A stretch of 32,000 nt of DNA from Schaalia meyeri. Its GTDB lineage: Bacteria > Actinomycetota > Actinomycetes > Actinomycetales > Actinomycetaceae. The notes beneath the pieces are model-generated. The model saw nothing but the letters and a program-made list of their open reading frames with translations. It made no database searches and had not been told where the DNA came from. Positions 17,186 to 25,956 of this stretch are shown here, one piece after another. Every line of letters begins with the position of its first letter. Position 1 is the first letter of the stretch. Position numbers and translations under genes: made by a program. The stretch lies in the NCBI RefSeq assembly GCF_900105015.1, contig NZ_FNLK01000005.1, positions 30,001 through 62,000 on the forward strand. The letters are read 5' to 3'.

Positions 17186-17977
17186 ATGCGTCCCATCAAT
17201 GCACGCAAGATTATGATCGCGGCCCTGGGTGCTGCAGCTGTCGTCGCCGGCTCCATCGTTCCCGCGCACGCAGCCACTGAGCCGGCGGACACGGGCGCCG
17301 CGCAGCCCGACGTTGTCGCGGCCGCCGAACAGCCCGAGCCCGGTGAGGGAGCCGAGGGCGACCACGCTGCCGACGCCGAGAACCCCGAGGGCGACGGCGA
17401 GGATGCAGACGGGCCTATCGCGTCGTGGAAGCAGGACTCCATCGGCTGGTGGTTCGACTTCGGCGACGGCACCTACGCTCAGAATGAGCAGGTTGAGATT
17501 GACGGTCTGATCTATCGTTTCGATAGCCGCGGCTACATGGTCACCGGTTGGTACAACCAGGAAGGCATGTGGGAGTACTACGCGCAGTCGGGAGTGCAAG
17601 CATTTGGCTGGCACCTGATCAACGGCTCCTGGTACTACCTGGATATGGACCTGGGCTTGATGCAAATCGGTTGGCTGAAACTTGACGGCTCCTGGTACTA
17701 CCTGAGCGCCTCCGGCGCGATGGTGACGGGCTGGAACGCGATCAACGGCTCCTGGTACTACATGAATGACTCCGGTGTGATGGTGACGGGCTGGCACCTG
17801 ATCGGTGGCTCCTGGTACTACATGAATGACTCCGGCGCGATGCTCACCGGCTGGGTCAAGGTCGGCGATTCCTGGTACTACCTGAGTGCCTCTGGCGCGA
17901 TGGTGACGGGCACACAGTGGATCGACGGCGAACGCCATTGGTTCTACGAGTCCGGTGTCTGGTGGGGCGTCTACTGA
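17186..17977 (+). CDS. Secreted cell-wall-binding (choline-binding-type, CW_binding_1) repeat protein with no catalytic domain
   Basis: ATG 17186 is preceded by GAGAGGA (17173-17179). It has a signal peptide (MRPINARKIMIAALGAAAVVAGSIVPAHA), an acidic Ala/Glu/Pro/Gly linker, and about 9 tandem 20-aa repeats of the form GSWYY(L/M)xxSGAMVTGW. Confidence 0.88.
   Translation: MRPINARKIMIAALGAAAVVAGSIVPAHAATEPADTGAAQPDVVAAAEQPEPGEGAEGDHAADAENPEGDGEDADGPIASWKQDSIGWWFDFGDGTYAQNEQVEIDGLIYRFDSRGYMVTGWYNQEGMWEYYAQSGVQAFGWHLINGSWYYLDMDLGLMQIGWLKLDGSWYYLSASGAMVTGWNAINGSWYYMNDSGVMVTGWHLIGGSWYYMNDSGAMLTGWVKVGDSWYYLSASGAMVTGTQWIDGERHWFYESGVWWGVY
17621..17920 (+). repeat. Tandem ~60-bp DNA repeats (five units) encoding the cell-wall-binding repeats
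   Basis: GGCTCCTGGTACTAC recurs at 17624, 17687, 17747 and 17807, and GATTCCTGGTACTAC at 17867. Units 17741-17800 and 17801-17860 are nearly identical (ggctcctggtactacatgaatgactccgg...). Confidence 0.85.
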
Positions 17978-18013
17978 CCCCGGATCGTGGAGTGACAGCT
18001 AGTTTCTAGCATT

Positions 18014-18059
18014 AACGTGATGAGTCCCGACCTCGTGAGAGGTCGGGACTCATCACGTT
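18014..18059. terminator. Perfect 21-bp stem / 4-nt loop hairpin between convergent genes (bidirectional terminator candidate)
   Basis: AACGTGATGAGTCCCGACCTC (18014-18034), loop GTGA, GAGGTCGGGACTCATCACGTT (18039-18059). It lies between the stop of the repeat protein (17977) and the stop of pepN (18130). Confidence 0.7.
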
Positions 18060-18129
18060 GGCGCGCACGTGCGCCTGCCCACGACGAGGGGGCGTGGCCA
18101 CATGCCACGCCCCCTGATCTGTTCCCGAA

Positions 18130-20694
18130 TTAAAGTGCGTCCACCGCCTGGTTGGCGATCTGGCGTTCACACACGTCAATGAGCTCACGGACGATGCGAA
18201 TAGTGCCAGCGGAGGCATCGGAATGAGTCTCGAGCCACGTGAGCCCCGCGGCAACCACGTCAACCTCGGGCACGTAGCCCGCCAGCGCGCTCGGGAACAA
18301 AAGCGTGGTGAGATCCTCGGCAGTGTGGAAGGTGAAGGTCTCCCAGATGCCTAAGAGCGAATCGAAGTACTCCGTCACGTAGGACGCGTAGGCTGATGGC
18401 GTGGTGCGCGCCTGCGCCCAGAAACCTGAGATCATAGCCCAGCGGGTGTCGTTGGGGATGGAGGTGTCGGATAGGACCTTGTCCCACACGTCAGCCTTGA
18501 TCCACTCTCCGGAGCGTGCTGCACGCGCGGCCGCCGCGTTCTGGTGGCCGGTCATCGTGTCGTCGGTGGCCTCGAGGGCGGCGATATCCTCCTCGGTGGC
18601 AGCGTCGCCACGCACGAGCGCGATGAGCAGGCACCACTTGAGGTCGACATCCAGGTCCAGGCCATCCAGGGTCTGAGTGCCGTCGTAGAGCGCGCGGATG
18701 GCGTCGAGCTGCTCAGTGCTGGTCGCGTTGCGCGCGGCCGCCGAGACGAGCATGCGCTGTGCGTCGGAGCCAGAGGGGGCGGTGCGTGCCAACAGCAGCA
18801 GGCGGCGACCCGTGTCCTCCGAAGCCTCCTCGCGGGCATCGGGCGCGACGAAGGTGCGCACCGCCTCATCAATGTGGCGCAGGGTCAACATGAGGAGGCT
18901 CATGTTGTCCTCGACGGGGATCGAGGTGAGCGCCAGGTTGAGGAAGTCTCGCGCCTTCATCTCGCCATCGCGGGTCATATCCCACGCGGATGCCATGACG
19001 ACGCCGCGCGTGAGGGAGTCCGTGAACTTGATGATGTTGGCGATTCCAAAGTCCAGGGAGTCGGCGTCCAGACGGACCTTGGCATAGCCCAGGTCGCCGT
19101 CGTTGACCAGGATGAAATCGGGTCGCGCTATTGCGGCCGCGGCCTCGACCGTGGTGGAGGCTCCGTCAATGTCGAGCTCTTCGCGGAAAACCTGGGTGAG
19201 GGTATCGTCCTCGGTCAGCGAGTATCCGGCGACGCCCAGGCGGTGGGGCCGCAGGGAAGCGCCCTCACAGAAGGCCTCCTGGGTGACCTCAAGGCGTTCG
19301 ATCAATCCGTCCTGCGCGGTGGTGATGACCGGGCGCAGCAGGGTGACGCCGGCCTCTTCAAGCCACACCTTCGACCAGGCTGCCAGGTCGCGTCCGGAGG
19401 CTGCGGCCAGCTCGGAAAGCAGGTCGTCCAGAGTGGCGTTGGCATAGGAGTGCTTCGTGAGGTACTCGTGCAGGCCCTGAAAGAACGCGTCGCGTCCGAC
19501 GTAAGAGACGAGCTGACGCAGCACGGAGGCGCCCTTGGCGTAGGTGATGCCGTCGAAGTTGACCTCGACGTCGGCCAAGTCGCGGATCTCGGCAGTAATC
19601 GGGTGGGTAGTGGGCAGCTGATCCTGCTTGAGTCCCCAGTCCTTGCGGACCATGAATCCGGTCCAGCCCTCGGTGTACTTGGTGGCCTCGGCCAGCGCCA
19701 GGTGGCTCATGAACTCGGCGAAAGACTCGTTGAGCCACAGGTCGTTCCACCACTCCATGGTGACCAGGTCGCCGAACCACATGTGCGCCAGCTCGTGGAG
19801 GATCGTGTTGGCGCGAGCCTCCATCTGCGCTTCGGTGGGGCGCGTGCGGAACACGTAGGCGTCGCGGAAGGTGACACAGCCGGCGTTCTCCATGGCGCCT
19901 GCGTTGTACTCGGGCACGAAGATCTGATCGTACTTCGTGAAGGGGTACGCGATGCCGTAGGCACCTTCGAAGAACTCGAAGCCGCGACGGGTGATGTCCA
20001 GGATTTCGTCGGCGTCAAGGTGGTCAACGATGGACGCGCGTGCGTACACACCCAAGTCGATCGTGCGGCCGTCGGACGAGGTGAGGGTCGATGTGGTGCC
20101 CTGGTAGGGGCCCGCGACGATCGCGGTGATGTACGTCGACATCTTTTCCGTGGTCGCGAAGCGGTACGTCCAGGTCTCGCCGTCCTCCTCGGGAGAGGGC
20201 GTGGGGGCGTTGGAGAAGACCTTCCATCCCTTGGGCACTTTGACGGTGAAGGTGAACGTGGACTTCAGGTTCGGCTGCTCAAATGTCGTGTAGACGCGGC
20301 GTGCGTCGGGGACCTCGAACTGGGAGTACGTGTACGCCTGGCCGTCAGCGGGGTCGACGAAACGGTGCAAGCCCTCACCCGTGTGCATGTACTGGCATGA
20401 GGCGTCGACCTCGAGCACGTTGTGTTCAGCCAGGTTCTCCAGTGCGATGCGATTGTCCTGGTGAGCGGCGAAGGGGTCGAGGGAGTTGCCGTTAAGTGTG
20501 ATCGAGTGGACGTTGTTGGAGACAAGATCCGCGAACGTGGAGGTGCCTTCGCGCGCGTCGAACTCGATGCGGGTGAATGAACCGAAGTCGGTGTCTCCGC
20601 GCGTGAGGTCCAAAGAGATCTCGTAGCGGGTCACTGAGGCGATGATCGAGGCTCGCTCGATCGCTTCCTCGCGAGTCAGGTTCAGGCCTGGCAT
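18130..20694 (-). CDS. pepN: Aminopeptidase N (M1 family zinc metallopeptidase)
   Basis: The 854-aa ORF has the GAMEN exopeptidase motif (NAGAMENAG) and the zinc site HELAHMWFGDLVTMEWWNDLWLNESFAEF (HExxH-18-E). The N-terminus MPGLNLTREEA is typical of actinobacterial PepN. Confidence 0.95.
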   Translation of the reverse strand: MPGLNLTREEAIERASIIASVTRYEISLDLTRGDTDFGSFTRIEFDAREGTSTFADLVSNNVHSITLNGNSLDPFAAHQDNRIALENLAEHNVLEVDASCQYMHTGEGLHRFVDPADGQAYTYSQFEVPDARRVYTTFEQPNLKSTFTFTVKVPKGWKVFSNAPTPSPEEDGETWTYRFATTEKMSTYITAIVAGPYQGTTSTLTSSDGRTIDLGVYARASIVDHLDADEILDITRRGFEFFEGAYGIAYPFTKYDQIFVPEYNAGAMENAGCVTFRDAYVFRTRPTEAQMEARANTILHELAHMWFGDLVTMEWWNDLWLNESFAEFMSHLALAEATKYTEGWTGFMVRKDWGLKQDQLPTTHPITAEIRDLADVEVNFDGITYAKGASVLRQLVSYVGRDAFFQGLHEYLTKHSYANATLDDLLSELAAASGRDLAAWSKVWLEEAGVTLLRPVITTAQDGLIERLEVTQEAFCEGASLRPHRLGVAGYSLTEDDTLTQVFREELDIDGASTTVEAAAAIARPDFILVNDGDLGYAKVRLDADSLDFGIANIIKFTDSLTRGVVMASAWDMTRDGEMKARDFLNLALTSIPVEDNMSLLMLTLRHIDEAVRTFVAPDAREEASEDTGRRLLLLARTAPSGSDAQRMLVSAAARNATSTEQLDAIRALYDGTQTLDGLDLDVDLKWCLLIALVRGDAATEEDIAALEATDDTMTGHQNAAAARAARSGEWIKADVWDKVLSDTSIPNDTRWAMISGFWAQARTTPSAYASYVTEYFDSLLGIWETFTFHTAEDLTTLLFPSALAGYVPEVDVVAAGLTWLETHSDASAGTIRIVRELIDVCERQIANQAVDAL

Positions 20695-20772
20695 GGGGTG
20701 CCTTTCCGTCGAAGGAATCGGAGCGCTGTCGCGCTTGACATTCCTATGTTGTCATGTGTTGGGAGTGATTGC

Positions 20773-20806
20773 GCGTGGCGCGCCACGCAGTGTCGAAGGG
20801 GACACT
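20773..20806 (-). terminator. Two adjacent GC-rich hairpins just after the pepO-like stop (terminator candidate)
   Basis: GCGTGGCGCGCCACGC (20773-20788) is a perfect 16-bp palindrome. AGTGTC-gaagggg-GACACT (20789-20806) starts 3 nt from the TAA at 20810-20812. There is no U-tract on the minus strand. Confidence 0.4.
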
Positions 20807-20809
20807 CTT

Positions 20810-22858
20810 TTACCAGATGGTAACGCGAAGTGAGGGGGCGAGCCACATATCGTCATCAGGGGTGATGCCAAAAGCCTCAGCGAAAGTATCGAGGTTACGC
20901 AGTACCTGATTGCATCGGAATTCGGCGGGGGAGTGGGGGTCGATGGCCAGCATCTGGCGGGCGAATTGGGGGCGGGTAGCGGTCCGCCACGCGCGTGCCC
21001 ACGCGTAGAAGAAGCGCTGCGGGCCCGTAATTTCATCGATGACGGGGGCGCTAGAGGGGGTGAGTCCCTGTTCGGCCAGGGAGGCAACCCACGCTTTCCA
21101 TGCGATGGTGAGTCCTCCCAGATCCCCGATGTTCTCGCCGATGGTGAGCGCACCGTTGACGTGGGGGAGTGGCGCGGCGGTGGCTTCCTTGGTCCCATCC
21201 GTCGCTTCGGCCACAGTTTCCTCCCGGTTCTCGGGGAGCAAGATAGCGGGGGTGAGGACGTCGTATTGTTCGATGAGTGCGCGCGTACGCTCCTCGAAGG
21301 CCGCGCGGTCCGCGTCCGTCCACCAGTTTGACAGGTTCCCGTTGCCGTCGTAGCGCGAACCCTGGTCGTCGAATCCGTGGCCGATTTCATGGCCAATGAC
21401 CGCGCCGATTGCACCGAAGTTAACGGCGTCGTCGGCCTCGGGGTCAAAGAATGGCGGCTGGAGAATAGCAGCGGGGAAGACGATCTCGTTCTGGGTGGGG
21501 TTGTAGTAGGCGTTGACCGTCTGCGGGGTCATGTACCACTCGTCGCGGTCGACGGGGCCGCCGAGCTTAGCCCACTCCCGGTCGGTAGCGTGTGCGCTGG
21601 CGGCACGCACGTTGTCAACGATGGAAACGCCTTTGTCCAGGTGCAGGGTCGAGTAATCGCGCCACTTGGGAGGATAGCCGATCTTCGGGTTAAAGGTCGC
21701 GAGCTTAGCCAGTGCCCTCTCCTTCGTGTCGTCACTCATCCAATCGAGGCTGCGGATCGAAGCCCCGTATGCGTCCAGGAGGCGACGAACCAATACATCC
21801 ATCGCCTCCTTTGCCTGTGGAGGGAAATGACGCGCCACCCACGCCCGCCCCATGGCCTCACCCAGGTAGGCCTCGATCAAGCCGAGAGCGCGCTTCCAGC
21901 GGGGGCGCAGTTCCTGTGTGCCCGCCAGCGTGCGCCCGTGGAAGCCAAAGTTCTCCTCCACAAAGTCACTCGAGAGCAGGGAAGCGCGAGAGTCAATGAC
22001 CGAGGCGCTGAGCCATTCCTTCAGGGTCGCCAGGTCGGTGCTGGCCCACAGGGCTGCCGCTCCCGTCAGGTAGTCGGGCTGATCGACGTTGACGACCAGG
22101 GCGCCGCTGGGCAAGTGGGCTCCCTGTGCCCACGCGTCCCAGTCGAATCCGGGCGCCAGCGTGCGCAGATCCGTCCATGGCGTCGGGTTGTCGGAGAGGA
22201 GGGGGTCTCGGTTGGAGACAGAATCGCGGTGGTGCGAGGCGAGGGTGGTTTCGACTCTCATGATGCGCTCGGCCGCCGCCTCGGCGTCGGACAGTCCGGC
22301 CAGGGCCAGGAGCCTGGCGGTGTGGGTGACGTAAGCGTCGCGGATAGGCGCGTAGTCGTCTTCGCGATAGTAGGCTTCGTCGGGCAGGCCGATACCGGAC
22401 TGGACCAGCGAGAGCATGTAGTGCGAAGAGTCGTGCGGGTTGGGGCTCACGTACGCGCCGACGAGGCCTCCGACTCCTTCGCGCATGAGGGAGCCCATCG
22501 CGTGCGCCAGGTCCTCGCGGCTACGACACGCGTCGATAGCGCCAAGCTCGGCCTGCAGGGGGGTGGCTCCCGCAGCGTCGATTGCTTCTTCGTCCAGAAA
22601 CTGTGCCCACAGAGTGGCGATGCGCTGAGCATCGGGGTCGTCCAGGGCGCCGGAAGCGGCGTCCTGGGCGATCGCTCGGGCGTATTTTTCGGAAGCGTCG
22701 CGCAGTGTGTGGAAGGCGCCATCCATGGGGCGGTCAGCGGGGATCGTGTGGGTCGCCAGCCAGGTGCCGTTGACGTGGCGATAGAAATCGTCCTGGGGGC
22801 GCACAGTCGGGTCGATGTTCGCGGTTTCCAGGACTCGTGCGAGCAGTGTGTTTGTCAT
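20810..22858 (-). CDS. pepO: M13 family metalloendopeptidase (PepO / neprilysin-like), no signal peptide
   Basis: The 682-aa ORF has the zinc site VIGHEIGHGFD (HExxH), NAYY, the downstream GENIGDLGG motif and the C-terminal CxxW-type tail (LRVTIW). Confidence 0.9.
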   Translation of the reverse strand: MTNTLLARVLETANIDPTVRPQDDFYRHVNGTWLATHTIPADRPMDGAFHTLRDASEKYARAIAQDAASGALDDPDAQRIATLWAQFLDEEAIDAAGATPLQAELGAIDACRSREDLAHAMGSLMREGVGGLVGAYVSPNPHDSSHYMLSLVQSGIGLPDEAYYREDDYAPIRDAYVTHTARLLALAGLSDAEAAAERIMRVETTLASHHRDSVSNRDPLLSDNPTPWTDLRTLAPGFDWDAWAQGAHLPSGALVVNVDQPDYLTGAAALWASTDLATLKEWLSASVIDSRASLLSSDFVEENFGFHGRTLAGTQELRPRWKRALGLIEAYLGEAMGRAWVARHFPPQAKEAMDVLVRRLLDAYGASIRSLDWMSDDTKERALAKLATFNPKIGYPPKWRDYSTLHLDKGVSIVDNVRAASAHATDREWAKLGGPVDRDEWYMTPQTVNAYYNPTQNEIVFPAAILQPPFFDPEADDAVNFGAIGAVIGHEIGHGFDDQGSRYDGNGNLSNWWTDADRAAFEERTRALIEQYDVLTPAILLPENREETVAEATDGTKEATAAPLPHVNGALTIGENIGDLGGLTIAWKAWVASLAEQGLTPSSAPVIDEITGPQRFFYAWARAWRTATRPQFARQMLAIDPHSPAEFRCNQVLRNLDTFAEAFGITPDDDMWLAPSLRVTIW

Positions 22859-23011
22859 GCCCTAACTCTAAGGTGTGACACGGGATTGGCGTGGGTTTAG
22901 CGTCACCGAGGGGAATCGTCCCGCGATTTACGTAATGGTGGCGGGATGTTATTTGCGACTTTTTGGCATATTTTCCGAGACAAGTGCGGATGTGTGCCCC
23001 AGGAAGCAGGG

Positions 23012-23041
23012 GTATGCACGTATGTGCAGAGTTGTGCATAC
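23012..23041. promoter_or_regulatory. Inverted repeat plus reiterated TGTGCA/CGTGCA hexamers upstream of glpA (candidate operator)
   Basis: GTATGCAC (23012-23019) and GTGCATAC (23034-23041) are reverse complements 14 nt apart. TGTGCA occurs at 23023 and 23033, and CGTGCA at 23045. They lie in the AT-richer pepO/glpA divergent intergenic region, about 80-110 nt upstream of the glpA start. Confidence 0.3.
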
Positions 23042-23122
23042 ATTCGTGCAAACGGTGTGACAGGGCGCATGATGGACACAGCAAAGGGGAACAGCCTCAT
23101 GAAGACGTGAAGGGAACATACG

Positions 23123-24709
23123 GTGAAGACACTTCGCACTGACGTATGCGTCATCGGTGGCGGATCCACCGGTGCGGGCGTCGTCCGCGACGTCGCCATG
23201 CGCGGCTTCGCAGCCGTCCTCGTTGACCGGGCGGATATCGCCCAAGGTACATCCGGTCGTTTCCATGGTTTGCTCCACTCCGGCGGTCGCTACATCGCCT
23301 CCGATCCCGAGTCGGCTACCGAATGCGCCGAAGAGAACGAGATCGTCAAGCGCATCAACTCCAACGCCATCGAGGCCACCGGCGGTCTCTTCGTGGTGAG
23401 TGCACAGGACGATGAGGAATACGCGGACCAGTTTCTGGCTCGCGCCGCGGCCGCACAGGTGCCAGCCGCCGAGATCTCGATCGCCGAGGCGCTCCGGCGC
23501 GAACCGCGCTTGGATCACCGCATCAAGCGCGCCTTCGAGGTGAACGACGGCACGGTCGACGGCTGGCAGATGGTGTGGGGCGCGATCCGCTCCGCGCAGG
23601 CCTACGGTGCGCAGGTCCTCACCTACCACCGCGTGACCTCCATCGAGAGAGACGGCGACAGCATCGCCGCTGTCATCGTCCACGACGAGAGGGGAGGGGA
23701 AGACCTGCGCATCGAATGCGGCTTCGTCCTCAACTGCGGCGGTCCCTGGGCCGGGCAGATTGCCGCCATGGCAAACTGCCACGGCGTCGATGTGGTCCCC
23801 GGCGCGGGCATCATGATCGCCATGAATCACCGCCTCAGTCACTCGGTGCTTAACCGCTGCATCTGGCCGGCCGACGGCGACATCCTGGTCCCCGACCACA
23901 CCGTGTGCATCATCGGCACGACCGACCTGAAGGCCGACGACCCTGATCGCCTGTCCATCCCACCCGATCAGGTTCAGCAGATGCTCGATTCCGGCGAGGC
24001 CCTGGTCCCGGGTTTCCGTAAGGCCCGGGCCGTGCACGCGTGGGCGGGAGCTCGCCCCCTCGTCAAAGACTCGCGGGTCTCAGATACCGACACCCGCCAC
24101 ATGGCGCGCGGCATGAGCGTCATCGACCACAACACGCGCGACGGCGTGTATGGGATGCTCACCATCGCGGGCGGCAAGCTGACCACCTATCGGCTCATGG
24201 CTGAGCGCATTGTCGACATTATGTGCACCGAGATGGGGGATCAGCGTCCCTGTACGACCGCCCATGAGGCCGTCCCTCCCGCCAAGGAATCGCGCCTGTA
24301 CTCCATCGGCCACCGCCTGGACAATGTCGAATCCCATAACGATGGACCGTCCCACGAACAGATCATTTGCGAGTGCGAGATGGCCACCCGCGCCATGCTC
24401 GAGACAGTCATGGACACCCTGCCCGCGGGGCAGCTGGATGACGTACGACGCCAGATGCGACTGGGCATGGGGCCGTGCCAGGGTGGATTCTGCTCCCAGC
24501 GCGCCGCGGCAATCGCCCACGAACGCGGAAATATCGACTCGATGCGCGCCAACGCCCTTCTGCGGCTCTTCCTCAAAAATCGCTGGATCGGCCTGTGGCC
24601 CATCATGTACGGCAAGCAAGCCAGGCAGGCTGCGTTGGATGCCTGGATTCACGAGGGCACGCTCGATGTCGAGCACCTGCCCATCCCCACGCAGGAGGTT
24701 GTGCGATGA
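23123..24709 (+). CDS. glpA: Anaerobic glycerol-3-phosphate dehydrogenase subunit A
   Basis: N-terminal FAD fold (DVCVIGGGSTGAGVVRDVAMRG), a GlpA/GlpD-type core, and the C-terminal BFD-like [2Fe-2S] segment (ICECEM...MGPCQGGFC). GTG start at 23123 is preceded by GAAGGGA. Confidence 0.9.
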   Translation: MKTLRTDVCVIGGGSTGAGVVRDVAMRGFAAVLVDRADIAQGTSGRFHGLLHSGGRYIASDPESATECAEENEIVKRINSNAIEATGGLFVVSAQDDEEYADQFLARAAAAQVPAAEISIAEALRREPRLDHRIKRAFEVNDGTVDGWQMVWGAIRSAQAYGAQVLTYHRVTSIERDGDSIAAVIVHDERGGEDLRIECGFVLNCGGPWAGQIAAMANCHGVDVVPGAGIMIAMNHRLSHSVLNRCIWPADGDILVPDHTVCIIGTTDLKADDPDRLSIPPDQVQQMLDSGEALVPGFRKARAVHAWAGARPLVKDSRVSDTDTRHMARGMSVIDHNTRDGVYGMLTIAGGKLTTYRLMAERIVDIMCTEMGDQRPCTTAHEAVPPAKESRLYSIGHRLDNVESHNDGPSHEQIICECEMATRAMLETVMDTLPAGQLDDVRRQMRLGMGPCQGGFCSQRAAAIAHERGNIDSMRANALLRLFLKNRWIGLWPIMYGKQARQAALDAWIHEGTLDVEHLPIPTQEVVR

Positions 24710-25956
24710 GAGACGCCGTCGTTGTCGGCGCGGGATTAGCTGGCCTGGCCGCCACTATCAGGGCCGCCGACGCGGGCCTTCGCGTTACCCTGATTGCAAA
24801 GGGCGTGGGCGGCATCCAACTCGGAACGGGCACCGTCGACATCCTCGGATACGGACCCGACCCGATCGACAAGCCCGTGGACGCGTTGGCCGCCCACGTG
24901 GCCTCGCGACCCACCCACCCCTACGCGCACATCGCCCCCGACCAGGTTGGCGCATGCGTCGCCTGGCTGCGCGATACCGTCGGCCCCGACGCCCTCATCG
25001 GCGACGAAACGCGCAACGTGCGCATCCCCACCGGCGTCGGCGCGCTGCGCCCCACCTGCCTGTTTCCCCCCTCCATGCGGGCCGGCATCCCCCGAGCGGG
25101 CGCCCGCTACGCGATCGTTGGACTGCAGCGACTCAAAGACTTTTACCCCGACCTGGTCGCGGAAAACCTCACGCGACAGGCGGGACCCGATTCCCAACCC
25201 ATCAAAGCCCGTGCGCTCAGCGTCGACTACGTCGTGCGCGACGGAGAGATCGACTCCACCGGCACCAACCACGCGCGAAGCCTCGACCGCGAAGAAAATC
25301 GCGCGCGCCTAGCGGACACGATCCGTCCCCTCCTCCAGGACGGAGAGACCGTCGGCTTGCCCGCGGTCCTCGGCCTCGACAATGCGTCCGCCTGGCGCGA
25401 CCTGGCGGACAAGCTGGGCCACCCGGTCTTCGAGATCCCGATCCAGCCCCCGTCCGTTCCGGGCATGCGCCTGAACGCACAACTGACGCGGCTTGCATCC
25501 GAGAAAGCCCGCGTCATCCTCGGAGCCCCGATCAGCACGGTTCACGCCGCACACGGACGCGTCAAGGCCATCGAATACGCCAGCGCTGGACGCGCCACCC
25601 GCATCGAGACGCGCTCCCTGATCCTGGCGGCGGGAGGCTTTGAATCCGGGGCCCTCGACATGGACTCCTACGGAACCGTGCGCGAGACCATCTGTGGCCT
25701 GCCCGTCATGGGTGCCACCGGTCAACTCTTGCACGCCGACTTCTGGGGGGATGACCAGCCCCTCTTCCTGTCCGGCCTGGCCGTCGACGACTCCATGCGC
25801 GTCGTCGACGCCGACGGCGAGCCCGTGTACGCCAACCTGTACGCAGCGGGAGGAAACCTGGCCGGTGCCACCCGCTGGCGCGAAAAGAGCGGCGAAGGAA
25901 TCGCGCTGGCCAGCGCCCTTACAGCAGTCGACGCAATCGTGGAGGAACTGAAATGA
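24706..25956 (+). CDS. glpB: Anaerobic glycerol-3-phosphate dehydrogenase subunit B
   Basis: The track ORF 24475..25956 is over-extended. ATG 24706 overlaps the glpA stop (ATGA). MRDAVVVGAGLAGLAATIRAADAGLRVTLIAKGVGGIQLGTGTVDILGY is the typical GlpB N-terminus. Confidence 0.9.
   Translation: MRDAVVVGAGLAGLAATIRAADAGLRVTLIAKGVGGIQLGTGTVDILGYGPDPIDKPVDALAAHVASRPTHPYAHIAPDQVGACVAWLRDTVGPDALIGDETRNVRIPTGVGALRPTCLFPPSMRAGIPRAGARYAIVGLQRLKDFYPDLVAENLTRQAGPDSQPIKARALSVDYVVRDGEIDSTGTNHARSLDREENRARLADTIRPLLQDGETVGLPAVLGLDNASAWRDLADKLGHPVFEIPIQPPSVPGMRLNAQLTRLASEKARVILGAPISTVHAAHGRVKAIEYASAGRATRIETRSLILAAGGFESGALDMDSYGTVRETICGLPVMGATGQLLHADFWGDDQPLFLSGLAVDDSMRVVDADGEPVYANLYAAGGNLAGATRWREKSGEGIALASALTAVDAIVEELK

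Noticed and set aside
18544-20400. 618-aa plus-strand ORF
   Set aside because: It is entirely antisense to pepN, whose GAMEN and HExxH-E motifs are unambiguous. The composition (Gly/Arg/Val/Asp-rich, low complexity) is typical of antisense frames in GC-rich genes.
21377-22900. 507-aa plus-strand ORF
   Set aside because: It is antisense to the M13 peptidase gene. It has no motifs and a shadow-frame composition.
22949-24037. 362-aa minus-strand ORF
   Set aside because: It is antisense to glpA and extends into the intergenic region. The composition is of shadow-frame type.
24210-25643. 477-aa plus-strand ORF (also 25309..26052 minus and 30124..31059 minus)
   Set aside because: These are alternative-frame or antisense ORFs that are extremely Arg/Pro-rich, overlapping the well-supported glpA/glpB, glpB/glpC and sulfatase frames.
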